Below are positions 43,097-53,278 of a stretch of DNA of 64,000 nt, one piece after another. The notes beneath the pieces were generated by a model. That model ran no database searches. It was not told the origin of the DNA and saw nothing but the letters and a program-made list of their open reading frames with translations. The DNA comes from Nitrospinaceae bacterium (GTDB taxonomy: Bacteria; Nitrospinota; Nitrospinia; Nitrospinales; Nitrospinaceae): NCBI GenBank assembly GCA_965223665.1, contig OZ245011.1, positions 192,001 through 256,000 of the forward strand. Reading direction: 5' to 3'. The position numbers were made by a program, and so were the translations under genes. Positions within the stretch are counted from its first letter, which is position 1; each line of letters begins with the position of its first letter.

Positions 43097-43414
43097 TTAC
43101 TTCCGAGTTTCTTTTTCTAGTCTTGATTTTTTTATTCGATAATAAGCCAATGAAATGAAAAATACGGGAATGACAAACCCCCCTATAATAATTTTTCCAA
43201 TCCAATCTCTGGGAAACCCAAGGTCCGTGAAAATTAGGAATTCTTGCATGACACTATAAGCCAAAAAAACGGAAACAATAAGAACATAACCAATACGTTT
43301 AGATCCTTTGTTTCCGGGAAAGATTATAGAATAAGCAATGAAATTCAATCCCAGAAAAACAATACCATTTAAGAACATTAAATAAATAATATTATTTTGA
43401 GTTTGAGACAACAA
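43097..43414 (-). CDS. Hypothetical small membrane protein (three TM)
   Basis: Three hydrophobic stretches; TTG start; co-oriented with ltaE. Confidence 0.6.
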   Translation of the reverse strand: MLSQTQNNIIYLMFLNGIVFLGLNFIAYSIIFPGNKGSKRIGYVLIVSVFLAYSVMQEFLIFTDLGFPRDWIGKIIIGGFVIPVFFISLAYYRIKKSRLEKETRK

Positions 43415-43521
43415 GGTAAAGACTCTCTTAGGTGATTTAGTTAGGTCATTTTATCCATAAACGAATAGATAATAAAGCCTTGAAGTGAGGAAGTCAGAAA
43501 GAATTCAGAATATATGAAAAT

Positions 43522-43554
43522 AAAAAAGCCCTGAAGACAGAGTCTTCAGGGCTT
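43522..43554 (-). terminator. Intrinsic terminator after the porin gene
   Basis: AAGCCCTGAAGAC-AGA-GTCTTCAGGGCTT with T run on the minus strand. Confidence 0.85.
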
Positions 43555-43579
43555 AAAAGAAGGAGGTAGAGCAAATTCA

Positions 43580-44764
43580 CTAGAAGTGAATTAAGGTATT
43601 TAAAGCAAAAGTGTCCTGGCTGTCCGTACCCATTCCCATATCATCCTCAAAGGAATTTTGATTCGACTCATCGTGTCGATATTCAAACCTGACAACCATG
43701 TTTTCATGAATGCGAAACTCAGGGGTTAATGTGATCTCCCAGAGTTTATTATTAATCATTCCGGAACCAATTCCATCCTGATCATTGAAGTGGGCTCCTC
43801 TCAAGTTGATCGAAAACCATTTGTTGACATCGTATCGAACGATTCCTGCAAATCCGAACCAGTATGCAGTTCCACCCGTAGGGTCGGTTCCTTCTTCGTT
43901 ACCTAAATCGGCATTCAACTGAAGTGAAAGTTGATTAGTTAAAGCAATGTCAACCACGACGTCAAAAATATTTCGCCATGCATTTGCGGCAACTTCATTA
44001 CCGCCGACCCAATTAAATAAAACTCCAATGTTTTCATTGGGGTGATAACCAACCTGGACTCCGAGAGTTTTATCTGTATTATTGTCGTTCACTCCAAACC
44101 CTTCCCAGTTATTTGCAAACATAAATAGGAAGCTCCATTGATCATTTAGGTCATAGGTTGTGCGTATACCTGTGTGAGTAAAAGGAATTCCTAAACCAAA
44201 GACAAAAGTTCTGGAAAAGTTCATATTCCAACCATCATAACCCTCAAATACCTCAGCCCCTACATGAGTGACAAACTTACCAACATCGACCGTTAGACCA
44301 TTACCAATTGGAACCACCCAAGTGACATAACCCTGTTGGACGTCAAAGTCATCATTTCCGGGGGCATTATTGGGATTACCCGTGATCACAGGTCCGACAG
44401 CTGAACTTCCCGGGCGTTGAGCAACTTCGGGTAAACTGAAACCAAATGTTAGATCGACGCGAAACCCAATGTCTCCTTTATCCTCTGCCGCTTTTAGAAG
44501 GACTAATTCTCCATTATCGAATTTAAAACTATTGTCATCCACGTCAAATATTCTTAAACAGGCTTGACCTGCAAAGGCAGGATTTCCACAGTTAGTTTGG
44601 GATAAGGGCCTATTGGTGTTATAAGTATATGAAGAAGATACAAATCCATGAATTTCAATATCATCTAATACTTTGAACATGTTCTTCCCTGAATGAGCGG
44701 GCGAAGCTAACCCCACAAATAAAAGGAATCCCATAAAATAAACTATAGAGCGATTTAATTTCAT
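43580..44764 (-). CDS. Putative outer-membrane beta-barrel porin (porin-2/OmpL-like family)
   Basis: Signal peptide, GFRVDL.FG, QQGYV, GKF.THVGAEV, N.NFSRT, PFTHTG.R, R.EYRHD, C-terminal Phe. Confidence 0.8.
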   Translation of the reverse strand: MKLNRSIVYFMGFLLFVGLASPAHSGKNMFKVLDDIEIHGFVSSSYTYNTNRPLSQTNCGNPAFAGQACLRIFDVDDNSFKFDNGELVLLKAAEDKGDIGFRVDLTFGFSLPEVAQRPGSSAVGPVITGNPNNAPGNDDFDVQQGYVTWVVPIGNGLTVDVGKFVTHVGAEVFEGYDGWNMNFSRTFVFGLGIPFTHTGIRTTYDLNDQWSFLFMFANNWEGFGVNDNNTDKTLGVQVGYHPNENIGVLFNWVGGNEVAANAWRNIFDVVVDIALTNQLSLQLNADLGNEEGTDPTGGTAYWFGFAGIVRYDVNKWFSINLRGAHFNDQDGIGSGMINNKLWEITLTPEFRIHENMVVRFEYRHDESNQNSFEDDMGMGTDSQDTFALNTLIHF

Positions 44765-44922
44765 TTATCCTCCTCCTGTTTTTCTTTGTAAAATGGGCTG
44801 TTATTGAAATAATTTTCTTACTGTAATAAAATCAATGACTTATCTTCTGGTAAGGGTAATGCCCTCAAAACGTCAAGTCAATTAATTATTTGATTTCATT
44901 GGAGTTATTTAAATACAAGAAT

Positions 44923-46212
44923 CTAAACCAAATTATAACCAGATTCCCCATGTTGAGAATTATCTAAACCAATTTCTTCATCCTCTTCTTCAACGCGAAA
45001 TCCAACTGTTTTTTCTATTATTATTACCAGGGCATAGGTTACGACAAATGAGTAGAGACCGGCTGCGGCGATACCGACCAGTTGAACCCAAACTTGGTTC
45101 AAGTTTCCGTCCAATAGACCAGTACCACCAACACTTACAAATAAACCGGTGGCTAAGGCCCCCCAGGCTCCTCCGACTCCGTGGATTCCAAATACATCCA
45201 AAGAATCGTCCAAGCCAAATTTAAACTTAGCCAAAACAGCTGAAAAGCAAATTACTCCAGCTGCAAATCCTATAACTATGGACCATAAAGGAGTGACAAA
45301 ACCGGCGGCAGGTGTAATCGCGACCAGACCAGCGACAATACCAGATGCGGCACCCAGTGCACTGGGTTTTCCAGATTTTATATTTTCGGCGATGATCCAA
45401 CCTAACATTCCGGCACCCGTAGCAACTTGAGTATTTGTAAAAGCCAGCACCGCATTTTGATCAGCAGCTAAAGCACTCCCTGCATTAAACCCGAACCATC
45501 CAAACCAGAGTAGGCCTGCTCCCAAAAGGACAAAGGGTAGGTTGTGGGGAATCATCATGGGGCCTGGGTACCCTCGGCGCTTTTTAAGAATTAGAGCTGC
45601 GGCAAGACCTGCGGTTCCAGAAGAGATATGGACGACAGTTCCACCAGCGAAATCGAGGGCTCCTAAATCTCCCAACCATCCTCCGCCCCAAACCCAATGG
45701 CAAATTGGGTCATAAACAATGGTGGACCATACAAAAATAAATATAACGTAAGCAGTGAAGGAAATTCTTTCCGCTATACCACCGCTTATAAGAGCCACAG
45801 TAATAATCGCAAACATCAGTTGGAACATACAGAAAAGTAAATCAGGTATAGATCCATTCATGGTATTCATATCTATTCCTGATAAAAATGCTTTGTCTAA
45901 TCCTCCTATGAAATGACCTAAGTCTTCCCCAAAAGCCAAGGAATAACCCAATACCACCCACTGAATGCTTATAACTCCTAATGGGATAAAGCTGTGCATT
46001 AAGGTACTTAATACATTTTTCCTTCGCACCATACCGCCATAAAAAAAACCTAATCCTGGCAACATCAACATTACAAGTGCTGAGGAAACTAATATCCAAG
46101 ACGTATCGGCACCATTTAGAGGATTGGGGGTATCTGCTGCTTCAACAAAACTGGAAACTAATAAAATTACAATTAATAGTGAAAATACTCTAAATAATGT
46201 GTTTGCTTTCAT
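44923..46212 (-). CDS. amtB: Ammonium transporter
   Basis: FYGGMVR.KN, FQLMFA, DFAGGTVVH, LWFGWFGFNAGS, DDSLDVFGIHG. Confidence 0.97.
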   Translation of the reverse strand: MKANTLFRVFSLLIVILLVSSFVEAADTPNPLNGADTSWILVSSALVMLMLPGLGFFYGGMVRRKNVLSTLMHSFIPLGVISIQWVVLGYSLAFGEDLGHFIGGLDKAFLSGIDMNTMNGSIPDLLFCMFQLMFAIITVALISGGIAERISFTAYVIFIFVWSTIVYDPICHWVWGGGWLGDLGALDFAGGTVVHISSGTAGLAAALILKKRRGYPGPMMIPHNLPFVLLGAGLLWFGWFGFNAGSALAADQNAVLAFTNTQVATGAGMLGWIIAENIKSGKPSALGAASGIVAGLVAITPAAGFVTPLWSIVIGFAAGVICFSAVLAKFKFGLDDSLDVFGIHGVGGAWGALATGLFVSVGGTGLLDGNLNQVWVQLVGIAAAGLYSFVVTYALVIIIEKTVGFRVEEEDEEIGLDNSQHGESGYNLV

Positions 46213-46439
46213 CTTTATCCCCTGCCATTAGGTGGCCAAAAATCTGACAAAATTTAATAAAATTCTCCTGAGTTCTACTACGGTGTACTTGCAGGTTTTT
46301 TAGGTAATTTCAATTCCTGTACCGACGGCAAGAAATATTAAAAATTAAATAAATATTTTATAACTTTATGAAAAACAATAGTTTAAGTGTGGTGAGTCTG
46401 TGGGAGGCAAACTTAACAAAAAGTTGTTAAAGGAAAATT

Positions 46440-46487
46440 TGCACTTTTAAAAAGCACTAACCCATGGAAATGCAATAAAAATGATCA
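46440..46487. promoter_or_regulatory. Tandem NtrC-like enhancer sites upstream of amtB
   Basis: TGCACTTTTAAAAAGCA (46440-46456) and TGCAATAAAAATGATCA (46471-46487), 31 bp apart. Confidence 0.5.
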
Positions 46488-46562
46488 AAATGGTAAAGAA
46501 TTTTGCGAAATTAACCGTGATAGTTTAGTGGAGGCTTTTGCTTGAGAAGCAAAATTTAGGTT

Positions 46563-46576
46563 GTCAAAAAAATGAC
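46563..46576. promoter_or_regulatory. FleQ/FlrA-like activator box
   Basis: GTCAAAAAAATGAC, about 100 bp upstream of the fliL sigma54 site. Confidence 0.55.
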
Positions 46577-46674
46577 TTGAATTGAGCAGAGAAAATATTG
46601 TCGAGGAAGCAAAAAAATATTATTCCTTAACCTATTAAGCCTTAACGAGTTATATCAATTTTTTATTTGTTTCT

Positions 46675-46690
46675 TGGCATATTCTTTGCT
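46675..46690 (+). promoter_or_regulatory. sigma54 promoter of fliLMN
   Basis: TGGCATATTCTTTGCT; IHF-consensus TATCAATTTTTTA at 46653-46665. Confidence 0.7.
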
Positions 46691-46795
46691 TATCTTTATC
46701 CCAAAATCTATTCAATTAATCTGGCTTTCACAAAGAATGGATTCTTATTAATGGCTAATAGTTCCATTAAATGAAGGCAAGTGAGGTAATGTTTC

Positions 46796-47320
46796 ATGGC
46801 TGAAGAACAACAAGCGGCCCCAGAAGCGCCGGTGGCGGTAGAAAGTCCACCTCCTAAAAAGTCTTCATCAAAGTTTATTTTTATTCTTTTATTTCTCCTT
46901 GCAGCAGGTGGTGGGGGTTACTTTGCTTACATCAAATATTTTCAACCTGCCATGCTGCAAACAGAATCTGATAACACTAAGTCCGAAGAGAAAGAATCCC
47001 AAAAAGAAGAACCTGCGAATGATGTGATGGTTCCCCTAGAGCCATTTCTGGTGAATTTAGCGGGAAGCGAAGGAAAAAGATTTCTGAAAGTTACCATTAC
47101 TTTGGAACTAAATGCTCCAGAAGTTCAAGCTGAAGTTCAGGCAAACAAGCAAAAAATTTTAGACTCTATTTTGGTTTTGCTAAGTAGTAAAACTTTCGAA
47201 GATGTCTATTCTGTCCAAGGTAAATTCAAGGTCAAGGATGAAGTGACCACGAGAGTGAATCGATTTTTAATAATGGGTCATATAAAGGATGTATATTTTT
47301 CTGAGTTTGTAATCCAATAA
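46796..47320 (+). CDS. fliL: Flagellar basal body protein FliL
   Basis: Single TM, LEPFLVNL, FLKV.I.LE, VYFSEFVIQ. Confidence 0.93.
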   Translation: MAEEQQAAPEAPVAVESPPPKKSSSKFIFILLFLLAAGGGGYFAYIKYFQPAMLQTESDNTKSEEKESQKEEPANDVMVPLEPFLVNLAGSEGKRFLKVTITLELNAPEVQAEVQANKQKILDSILVLLSSKTFEDVYSVQGKFKVKDEVTTRVNRFLIMGHIKDVYFSEFVIQ

Positions 47321-47382
47321 CGTAAACAGTTATAAAAATTCAACCATTAATTAAATCTAAGAAAATGAGTTAAGGAAAATAA

Positions 47383-48363
47383 ATGGGACAAGTATTATCA
47401 CAAGGTGAAGTAGATGCTCTTTTGCGTGGCGTAAGTGATGGTCAAGTTGACACTGAAACGGATGTTCCTGATGAAGTAAGTGGGGTGGTTCCCTATGATT
47501 TAACCAGTCAGGAAAAAATTATACGTGGAAGATTACCTACGCTTGACATTATCAACCAAATGTTTTCTCGCTTATTTAGAAATTCCTTTACCAATTTAAT
47601 GAGAAAGTCGGCTGACGTTAGTGCTGTTTCCACAGACTCAATTAAATTTGGAGAATTTTTGAGGTCACTTCCAGTTCCGTCCAGTTTGCATGTTTTTAGA
47701 ATGGAACCGTTACGCGGATTTGGATTAATGGTTATTGAAAGTCGCCTGGTATTTGCACTGGTCGATAACTTTTTTGGCGGAACTGGAGAAAATGAGGTTA
47801 AGTTTGCTGGTAGAGATTTTAGCGCAATCGAAATTAGGATGACCAAAAATGTAATTTTAACCGCCCTTGAAGATTGGGAAAAGGCATGGAAGCCAGTTCA
47901 TGCGGTTACTACAACTTATGTTCGGTCCGAGGTAAATCCTCAGTTTGCAGCTATAGTCCCTCCTACAGATGTGGTGCTCGTAATTGTTTTTGATATTGAA
48001 ATGGAAAACACCGCTGGATCAATTACTATTTGTATTCCCTACGCTGCTATAGAACCTATTGTTGGAAAATTGAAGGCAAACTTTCAAAGTGAGCAAATGG
48101 AGGCTGACCAAGTTTGGATAAAGCGATTACGTCATGAATTATTAAGGACTGATGTTGAGCTAGTTGCTGAACTTGGAAAAACTACTGTAAATCCACAGCA
48201 CTTAATGAATTTAAAAATTGGCGATACCCTTATGTTAGGAAATGACGTTTCAGACCCTTTGGAAATCCGGGTTGAAGGCTTAGCAAAGTTTATGGGTTTC
48301 CCCGGAGTGTCCCGTGGTATGAAAGCATTACAAATAACTAAAATAATGGAAAGTGAAGGATAA
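47383..48363 (+). CDS. fliM: Flagellar motor switch protein FliM
   Basis: [18 protein letters not shown]. Confidence 0.96.
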   Translation: MGQVLSQGEVDALLRGVSDGQVDTETDVPDEVSGVVPYDLTSQEKIIRGRLPTLDIINQMFSRLFRNSFTNLMRKSADVSAVSTDSIKFGEFLRSLPVPSSLHVFRMEPLRGFGLMVIESRLVFALVDNFFGGTGENEVKFAGRDFSAIEIRMTKNVILTALEDWEKAWKPVHAVTTTYVRSEVNPQFAAIVPPTDVVLVIVFDIEMENTAGSITICIPYAAIEPIVGKLKANFQSEQMEADQVWIKRLRHELLRTDVELVAELGKTTVNPQHLMNLKIGDTLMLGNDVSDPLEIRVEGLAKFMGFPGVSRGMKALQITKIMESEG

Positions 48364-48368
48364 GTTTT

Positions 48369-48749
48369 ATGGCTGAAACTAATGATGAATTGGAAAATTT
48401 AGAAGACCTCGATAATGTAGATGATCTTAATACTGGTGTAGATACGGAAAGTGAAGAAGAATCAGAAGTTCCTGAATCAGGTGAAGAATCTGCAAATTTA
48501 GATTTAATTCTAGATATTCCCCTTACGGTGACTGTTGAACTGGGTAGATCAAAAATGCTCATCAACGACCTTTTGCAATTAGGGCAAGGATCTGTCATTG
48601 AATTGACAAAACTAGTGGGAGAGCCTCTTGAAGTCCTGGTAAATAAAAAGTTAGTTGCCAGAGGTGAAGTGGTTGTTGTGAACGAAAAATTTGGAGTCCG
48701 TTTAACCGATATTGTCTCACCAATGGAACGAGTTCAGTCCTTAGGATAG
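48369..48749 (+). CDS. fliN: Flagellar motor switch protein FliN
   Basis: [27 protein letters not shown]. Confidence 0.96.
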   Translation: MAETNDELENLEDLDNVDDLNTGVDTESEEESEVPESGEESANLDLILDIPLTVTVELGRSKMLINDLLQLGQGSVIELTKLVGEPLEVLVNKKLVARGEVVVVNEKFGVRLTDIVSPMERVQSLG

Positions 48750-48883
48750 TTTTAATTCTTCATTTTTTTATTAAGCTAAACCTACCTTGTTCCATACAGT
48801 CTTTAATAATTATATTTATAAGTTCTTTCCAATTAAATAAAGTCCCTAATTGGCCTTCCAGAAATCTCCCTGCAAATTATTTA

Positions 48884-48899
48884 CGGTATGGCCTTTGCA
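48884..48899 (+). promoter_or_regulatory. sigma54 promoter of fliOPQR-flhB
   Basis: CGGTATGGCCTTTGCA in the fliN-fliO gap. Confidence 0.6.
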
Positions 48900-48968
48900 A
48901 TTAATTAAGTAAAAGAAAAAATGATGGTTTTTTGACGCCCTCACTGTTTTCAAATTGCAAAGGAAGAC

Positions 48969-50207
48969 ATGACAAAAAGAATTAAAGTAATTGGGTTATT
49001 GCTTTTGACGGTTTGTGCCCAAGAAATCATTTATGTTCAGCCTTCATTCGGAAAAAGAAATATATTGAAGGATGTTTCAGTCAAAAGTGAACTGAATCGA
49101 GTTTCTTTGGAGTTAGAATTTGATAACCCAGTTCGCTACCGGTCTCCTCGTTATTTTTCCAAGACGATTCAAATAGATTTTCCATCTGCAAGTATTAACT
49201 CATCATATAAATATTTTCCTACATCCGACTCAGAATTGGTGCAAATTTATGCTTCTAGGTTGGATCCAAATACACTGCGTCTTCGCTTAATTTTAGAGGA
49301 TGGAGGAAGTGATGTTGAAAAAAGGTTTTCGATTAAAAGAAAAGGAAACTTTTTAAGGATGAGCTTAAAAAAGAACTCTGGCGGATTAGAGAGCCTTCTC
49401 GCAAGGGCGAATAAGATTAAAGAAATTCAAAAAAATGAAAACAATGATAGAAAACTTCAAAATGTATCTATAAAAGAGGATGGGCCAGAGAGCACCCAAA
49501 ATATAACTGGCAAAATCAAACAAAATGCTTCCTCGTTAACTAAGGAAATAAACAAAGGTTCTGAGTTGTTATCCGAAGTCGTCGGGAATAATTTATTAAA
49601 AAAGCAAAAAAATCTGGATGCTGAAGAAGAAAGTCCAAATAAAAAAGTGAAGGAAATTCTTGAATTAGAGTCAGATGAAAAAGAATATCCTGATCTGTTC
49701 TCAACTAGTTTAAAAATGTTCTATACCTTATCCATAGTATTGGGGGTAATGTTTATAGTTTATTATTTATTTAAGAAGTTTCTTTGGAGTAACGGTTCTT
49801 TTGGAAAAGATGCCAAGCCAATAAAAATATTATCTTCTGGGTTTTTGGCTCCCAAGAAAAGTATTGCATTAGTGGAGATTTCTGATCAGGTCCTCATAGT
49901 GGGAATATCAAATGATAATATTTCGCTGCTGGGAAATATTGATGATAAGGATAGAATTTTAAAAATAAAGGGAAAGTCGGGTTCCTTTGAAAAGTCTGAT
50001 AAAAATAAATTGGATTTAAACAAAAATAAAAAAGCTGGAAGCTTTCAAAATATTGCAAACAATAATCAAGAAAATAAAAAGCAATCCGGTTCTACAAACC
50101 CCTTTCCTGAGTACGTTAAAAAATATTCGTCCATAGAATCAAGTAAGTCCCTCTCAGAAAGGGAAATATCGCCTATGTCAAAAAAGAAAAAGGCGCAAAT
50201 AGCCTAA
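48969..50207 (+). CDS. fliO: FliO with large N-terminal periplasmic extension
   Basis: Position between fliN and fliP; TM followed by IKILS..LAPKKSIALVEI..Q.LIVG.S..NISLL. Confidence 0.78.
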   Translation: MTKRIKVIGLLLLTVCAQEIIYVQPSFGKRNILKDVSVKSELNRVSLELEFDNPVRYRSPRYFSKTIQIDFPSASINSSYKYFPTSDSELVQIYASRLDPNTLRLRLILEDGGSDVEKRFSIKRKGNFLRMSLKKNSGGLESLLARANKIKEIQKNENNDRKLQNVSIKEDGPESTQNITGKIKQNASSLTKEINKGSELLSEVVGNNLLKKQKNLDAEEESPNKKVKEILELESDEKEYPDLFSTSLKMFYTLSIVLGVMFIVYYLFKKFLWSNGSFGKDAKPIKILSSGFLAPKKSIALVEISDQVLIVGISNDNISLLGNIDDKDRILKIKGKSGSFEKSDKNKLDLNKNKKAGSFQNIANNNQENKKQSGSTNPFPEYVKKYSSIESSKSLSEREISPMSKKKKAQIA

Positions 50208-50968
50208 TGAATAAATGGATTAAATTTATTTTCATCTTTTTGGTTTTAATAGGAAATATTGTTCCAATTGTTGGAAATGAATTAGCATACGCTATTCCTC
50301 TTCCTACAGTGGAAATTGGTGTAGAAGATACGGATGAGCCAGAATCATTTTCTACTGCACTACAAGTGATGTTTCTTCTGACGGTGCTTACTCTAGCACC
50401 GTCCATATTAGTTTTAATGACATCTTTTTCAAGAATTGTCATTGTATTATCCTTTCTACGCCAAGCCATGGGAACGCAACAAACGCCGCCCACCCAAGTT
50501 CTCATCGGCTTGGCTCTTTTTCTTTCCTTTTTTGTGATGAGTCCGGTGATCTCAGAAATAAATGAACGTGCTCTTCAACCTTATCTAAAGGAGGAAATCA
50601 CCCAAAAAGAAGCATTTCAGATTGCACAGAATCCAATCAAAAGTTTTATGTTGAAGCAAACCCGGGAAAAAGACCTGGCCTTGTTTGTGAATATGTCAGA
50701 GCAGAAACCCAAAACTACTCAAGAGATTGGAATGCATGTAGTTGTCCCGGCTTTTGTAATAAGTGAATTAAAAACGGCCTTTCAAATTGGTTTTTTAATT
50801 TATATTCCTTTTTTGATTTTGGATATGGTTGTGGCAAGTATTCTGCTTTCAATGGGAATGATGATGCTTCCACCCGTTTTGATCTCCTTGCCTTTTAAAT
50901 TAATGCTTTTTGTAATGGTAGATGGATGGCACTTAACCGTAGGTTCCTTAGTAAAGAGTTTCTTTTAA
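50207..50968 (+). CDS. fliP: Flagellar export protein FliP
   Basis: MTSFSRI, GTQQTPP.QVL, SELKTAFQIGF, MGMMMLPP. Confidence 0.97.
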   Translation: MNKWIKFIFIFLVLIGNIVPIVGNELAYAIPLPTVEIGVEDTDEPESFSTALQVMFLLTVLTLAPSILVLMTSFSRIVIVLSFLRQAMGTQQTPPTQVLIGLALFLSFFVMSPVISEINERALQPYLKEEITQKEAFQIAQNPIKSFMLKQTREKDLALFVNMSEQKPKTTQEIGMHVVVPAFVISELKTAFQIGFLIYIPFLILDMVVASILLSMGMMMLPPVLISLPFKLMLFVMVDGWHLTVGSLVKSFF

Positions 50969-50971
50969 GAT

Positions 50972-51241
50972 ATGACTGAGCAATTTATTATTGATTTTGC
51001 AATGGATGCTATTAGGACAACTTTATTGTTGTCAGCTCCTATGCTGGGATTTGGTCTGGTAACGGGTCTTTTGGTATCCATTTTCCAGGCAGTAACTTCA
51101 ATCCAAGAATTAACTTTAACGTTTGTCCCTAAAATTTTGGCGGTGTTTTTTGCTTTGATTTTATTTTTCCCCTGGTTGATAAAAGTAATGCTTAACTTTA
51201 CTGAAAAAATTCTAACTCAATTTCCTTCTTTCGTTGGTTAA
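50972..51241 (+). CDS. fliQ: Flagellar export protein FliQ
   Basis: FQAVTSIQELTLTFVPK. Confidence 0.96.
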   Translation: MTEQFIIDFAMDAIRTTLLLSAPMLGFGLVTGLLVSIFQAVTSIQELTLTFVPKILAVFFALILFFPWLIKVMLNFTEKILTQFPSFVG

Positions 51242-52017
51242 TGGATATTTTTAGCTTCAATTATGAAGAATTTGAAAGATTTTTATTTGTTTTTTTTAGA
51301 GTAGCAGCCTTTATTCTATTTGTTCCTATTTTAGGGAGTCGACAATTCCCAGCACGGGTGAAGATTGGATTTATTTTTTTATTAAGTTTGAGTGTTTATC
51401 CATTAATCCAAAAAATAAATCTTTCTATTCCTATGGATATGTGGGAATTAAGTATTCGATTAATTTCTGAATCATTTGTGGGATTGGCCATAGCTTTTGT
51501 AACTCGATTGGTTTTTACGGCAGTTCAAGTTGCCGGCACAGTGGTTGATTTTCAAATGGGATTTGGTGTCGTTAATGTCATAGACCCACAGACTGAATCT
51601 CAAGTTTCAATAACGGCTCAATTTCAGAATATTTTCGCCATCCTTCTTTACTTAGTTTTGAATGCGCATCACATAACTATTTATGCGTTAGTAGAAAGTT
51701 TTCAATTGATTAATCCCCAACAAATTAGTTTTTCAGAAAATACTTTGGGATTGATTCTTCAATTATTTAAGGCGACCTTTGTGGTTTCAGTGAAAATAGC
51801 TGCGCCCATCATGGGAATTCTATTTTTTATTAGTGTTGGGCTAGGTTTAATAGCAAGGGCTGTTCCTCAAATGAATGTTTTTATTGTTGGTTTCCCTTTG
51901 CAAATTGGAATGGGTTTGGTCACGATTGGTTTAACAATGACTTTGTTCGGTATGATTTTTAAGCATCAAGTGACCCAACTTCCCTTTTGGTTAAATGGTT
52001 TGATGCGAACTATGTGA
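51241..52017 (+). CDS. fliR: Flagellar export protein FliR
   Basis: AG...DFQMGFG, RAVPQMNVF.VGFP. Confidence 0.95.
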   Translation: MDIFSFNYEEFERFLFVFFRVAAFILFVPILGSRQFPARVKIGFIFLLSLSVYPLIQKINLSIPMDMWELSIRLISESFVGLAIAFVTRLVFTAVQVAGTVVDFQMGFGVVNVIDPQTESQVSITAQFQNIFAILLYLVLNAHHITIYALVESFQLINPQQISFSENTLGLILQLFKATFVVSVKIAAPIMGILFFISVGLGLIARAVPQMNVFIVGFPLQIGMGLVTIGLTMTLFGMIFKHQVTQLPFWLNGLMRTM

Positions 52018-52049
52018 GGGATAAATAGCAAGGCAAGGTTAATTTCTTA

Positions 52050-53123
52050 ATGGACGAACAAGGCCAAGACCAAAAAACCGAAGAACCTACTTCGAAGAGA
52101 ATCCAGGATTCGCAAGAAAAAGGAAACTTCGCAAATAGCCGAGAGTTGACTTCAACTGTTATTCTTCTCATGGCAATTCTATCGTTTTCTCTTGCCGGAT
52201 CTTTTAGCGCAAAACGGTTGTTGGGAACCTGGAACTACATTATTAACCAGTCTTTCGCCATTGGGTCCAGTACTGAAGATCTGCATTCACTATTAATGTG
52301 GATATTAAAAAATATACTTATGATTTTAAGTCCTATTTTGCTTTCAATTATGTTTGGTGGAATACTGGCCAATTTAATTCAGACTGGTGGCCCAAAGTTT
52401 TCTTTGCATCCCTTAAAACTGAAATTCAATAAACTTAATCCATTAAAAGGCGTAAAAAGAATATTCTCTAGTACCGCCTTAATGGAACTTTTTAAATCCA
52501 TCTTTAAAATATCAATTATTGCTTTAATTTCATTTTTTACTGTTAAGGGAAGATTTCAAGAAATTCCTGCTTTGATGGATATGGGGGTTGGGCAAATACT
52601 CCATTTTCTAGGTGAAGTTGGATTAGAGATCATGATCAAAGTTTTATTGGTCATGGCGTTTTTAGCGATTATAGACTTTGTTTTTCAAAAATATACTTAT
52701 ATTAAAAATTTAAGAATGACAAAGCAGGAAGTAAAGGATGAAAGAAAAGATACGGAAGGAAATCCTCAAGTCAAACAAAGAGTGAGAAGTGTTCAACTTG
52801 ATATGATGAAGCGTCGAATGATGTCTGCAGTTCCAGATGCGGATGTAGTCGTGACTAACCCAACTCATATTGCTGTAGCTATCCAGTATGATCATAAGAA
52901 TTTTGACGCTCCTTTAGTTGTAGCAAAAGGCAGTGGGCAAATTGCCGAAAATATTAAAAAATTAGCAAAAGAAAACGATATTCCTTTAGTAGAGGATAAA
53001 CCTTTGGCGCGGCTATTATTTCAAACTGTAGAAATAGGTCAAATGATTCCTGCAAAGCTTTATCGTGCTGTTGCTGAAATTCTTGCTTACGTATTTCGGT
53101 TAAAAGGGAAAACTCTGGTATGA
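52050..53123 (+). CDS. flhB: Flagellar export protein FlhB
   Basis: KTEEPT, MTKQEVKDE.K..EG.P, NPTH. Confidence 0.97.
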   Translation: MDEQGQDQKTEEPTSKRIQDSQEKGNFANSRELTSTVILLMAILSFSLAGSFSAKRLLGTWNYIINQSFAIGSSTEDLHSLLMWILKNILMILSPILLSIMFGGILANLIQTGGPKFSLHPLKLKFNKLNPLKGVKRIFSSTALMELFKSIFKISIIALISFFTVKGRFQEIPALMDMGVGQILHFLGEVGLEIMIKVLLVMAFLAIIDFVFQKYTYIKNLRMTKQEVKDERKDTEGNPQVKQRVRSVQLDMMKRRMMSAVPDADVVVTNPTHIAVAIQYDHKNFDAPLVVAKGSGQIAENIKKLAKENDIPLVEDKPLARLLFQTVEIGQMIPAKLYRAVAEILAYVFRLKGKTLV

Positions 53124-53131
53124 AGATTGCT
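53116..53131 (+). promoter_or_regulatory. sigma54 promoter of flhA-flhF-flhG-fliA, overlapping the flhB stop codon
   Basis: TGGTATGAAGATTGCT. Confidence 0.65.
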
Positions 53132-53278
53132 TAATAAAGGCATTCAATCTTTTTGGAAACAATTTTGTCGGTCGATTCAGATGGGATTTGAAAATTCATT
53201 GAAAAACCCCCGAATAGCATAATGCAATAAATTTTAATTATAAAATTTTCCGTCAAAAAATTGATTTAGAAAGGTCTA

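Noticed and set aside
43071..43205. N-terminal extension of ltaE in the ORF track
   Set aside because: Overlaps the upstream membrane-protein gene; the family starts at MEIIDLRSD (43070)
46400..46445. GGCAAAC motif suggesting a c-di-GMP-I riboswitch before the flagellar genes
   Set aside because: No GNRA-capped stem or second GCAAA helix; better read as DNA operator sites
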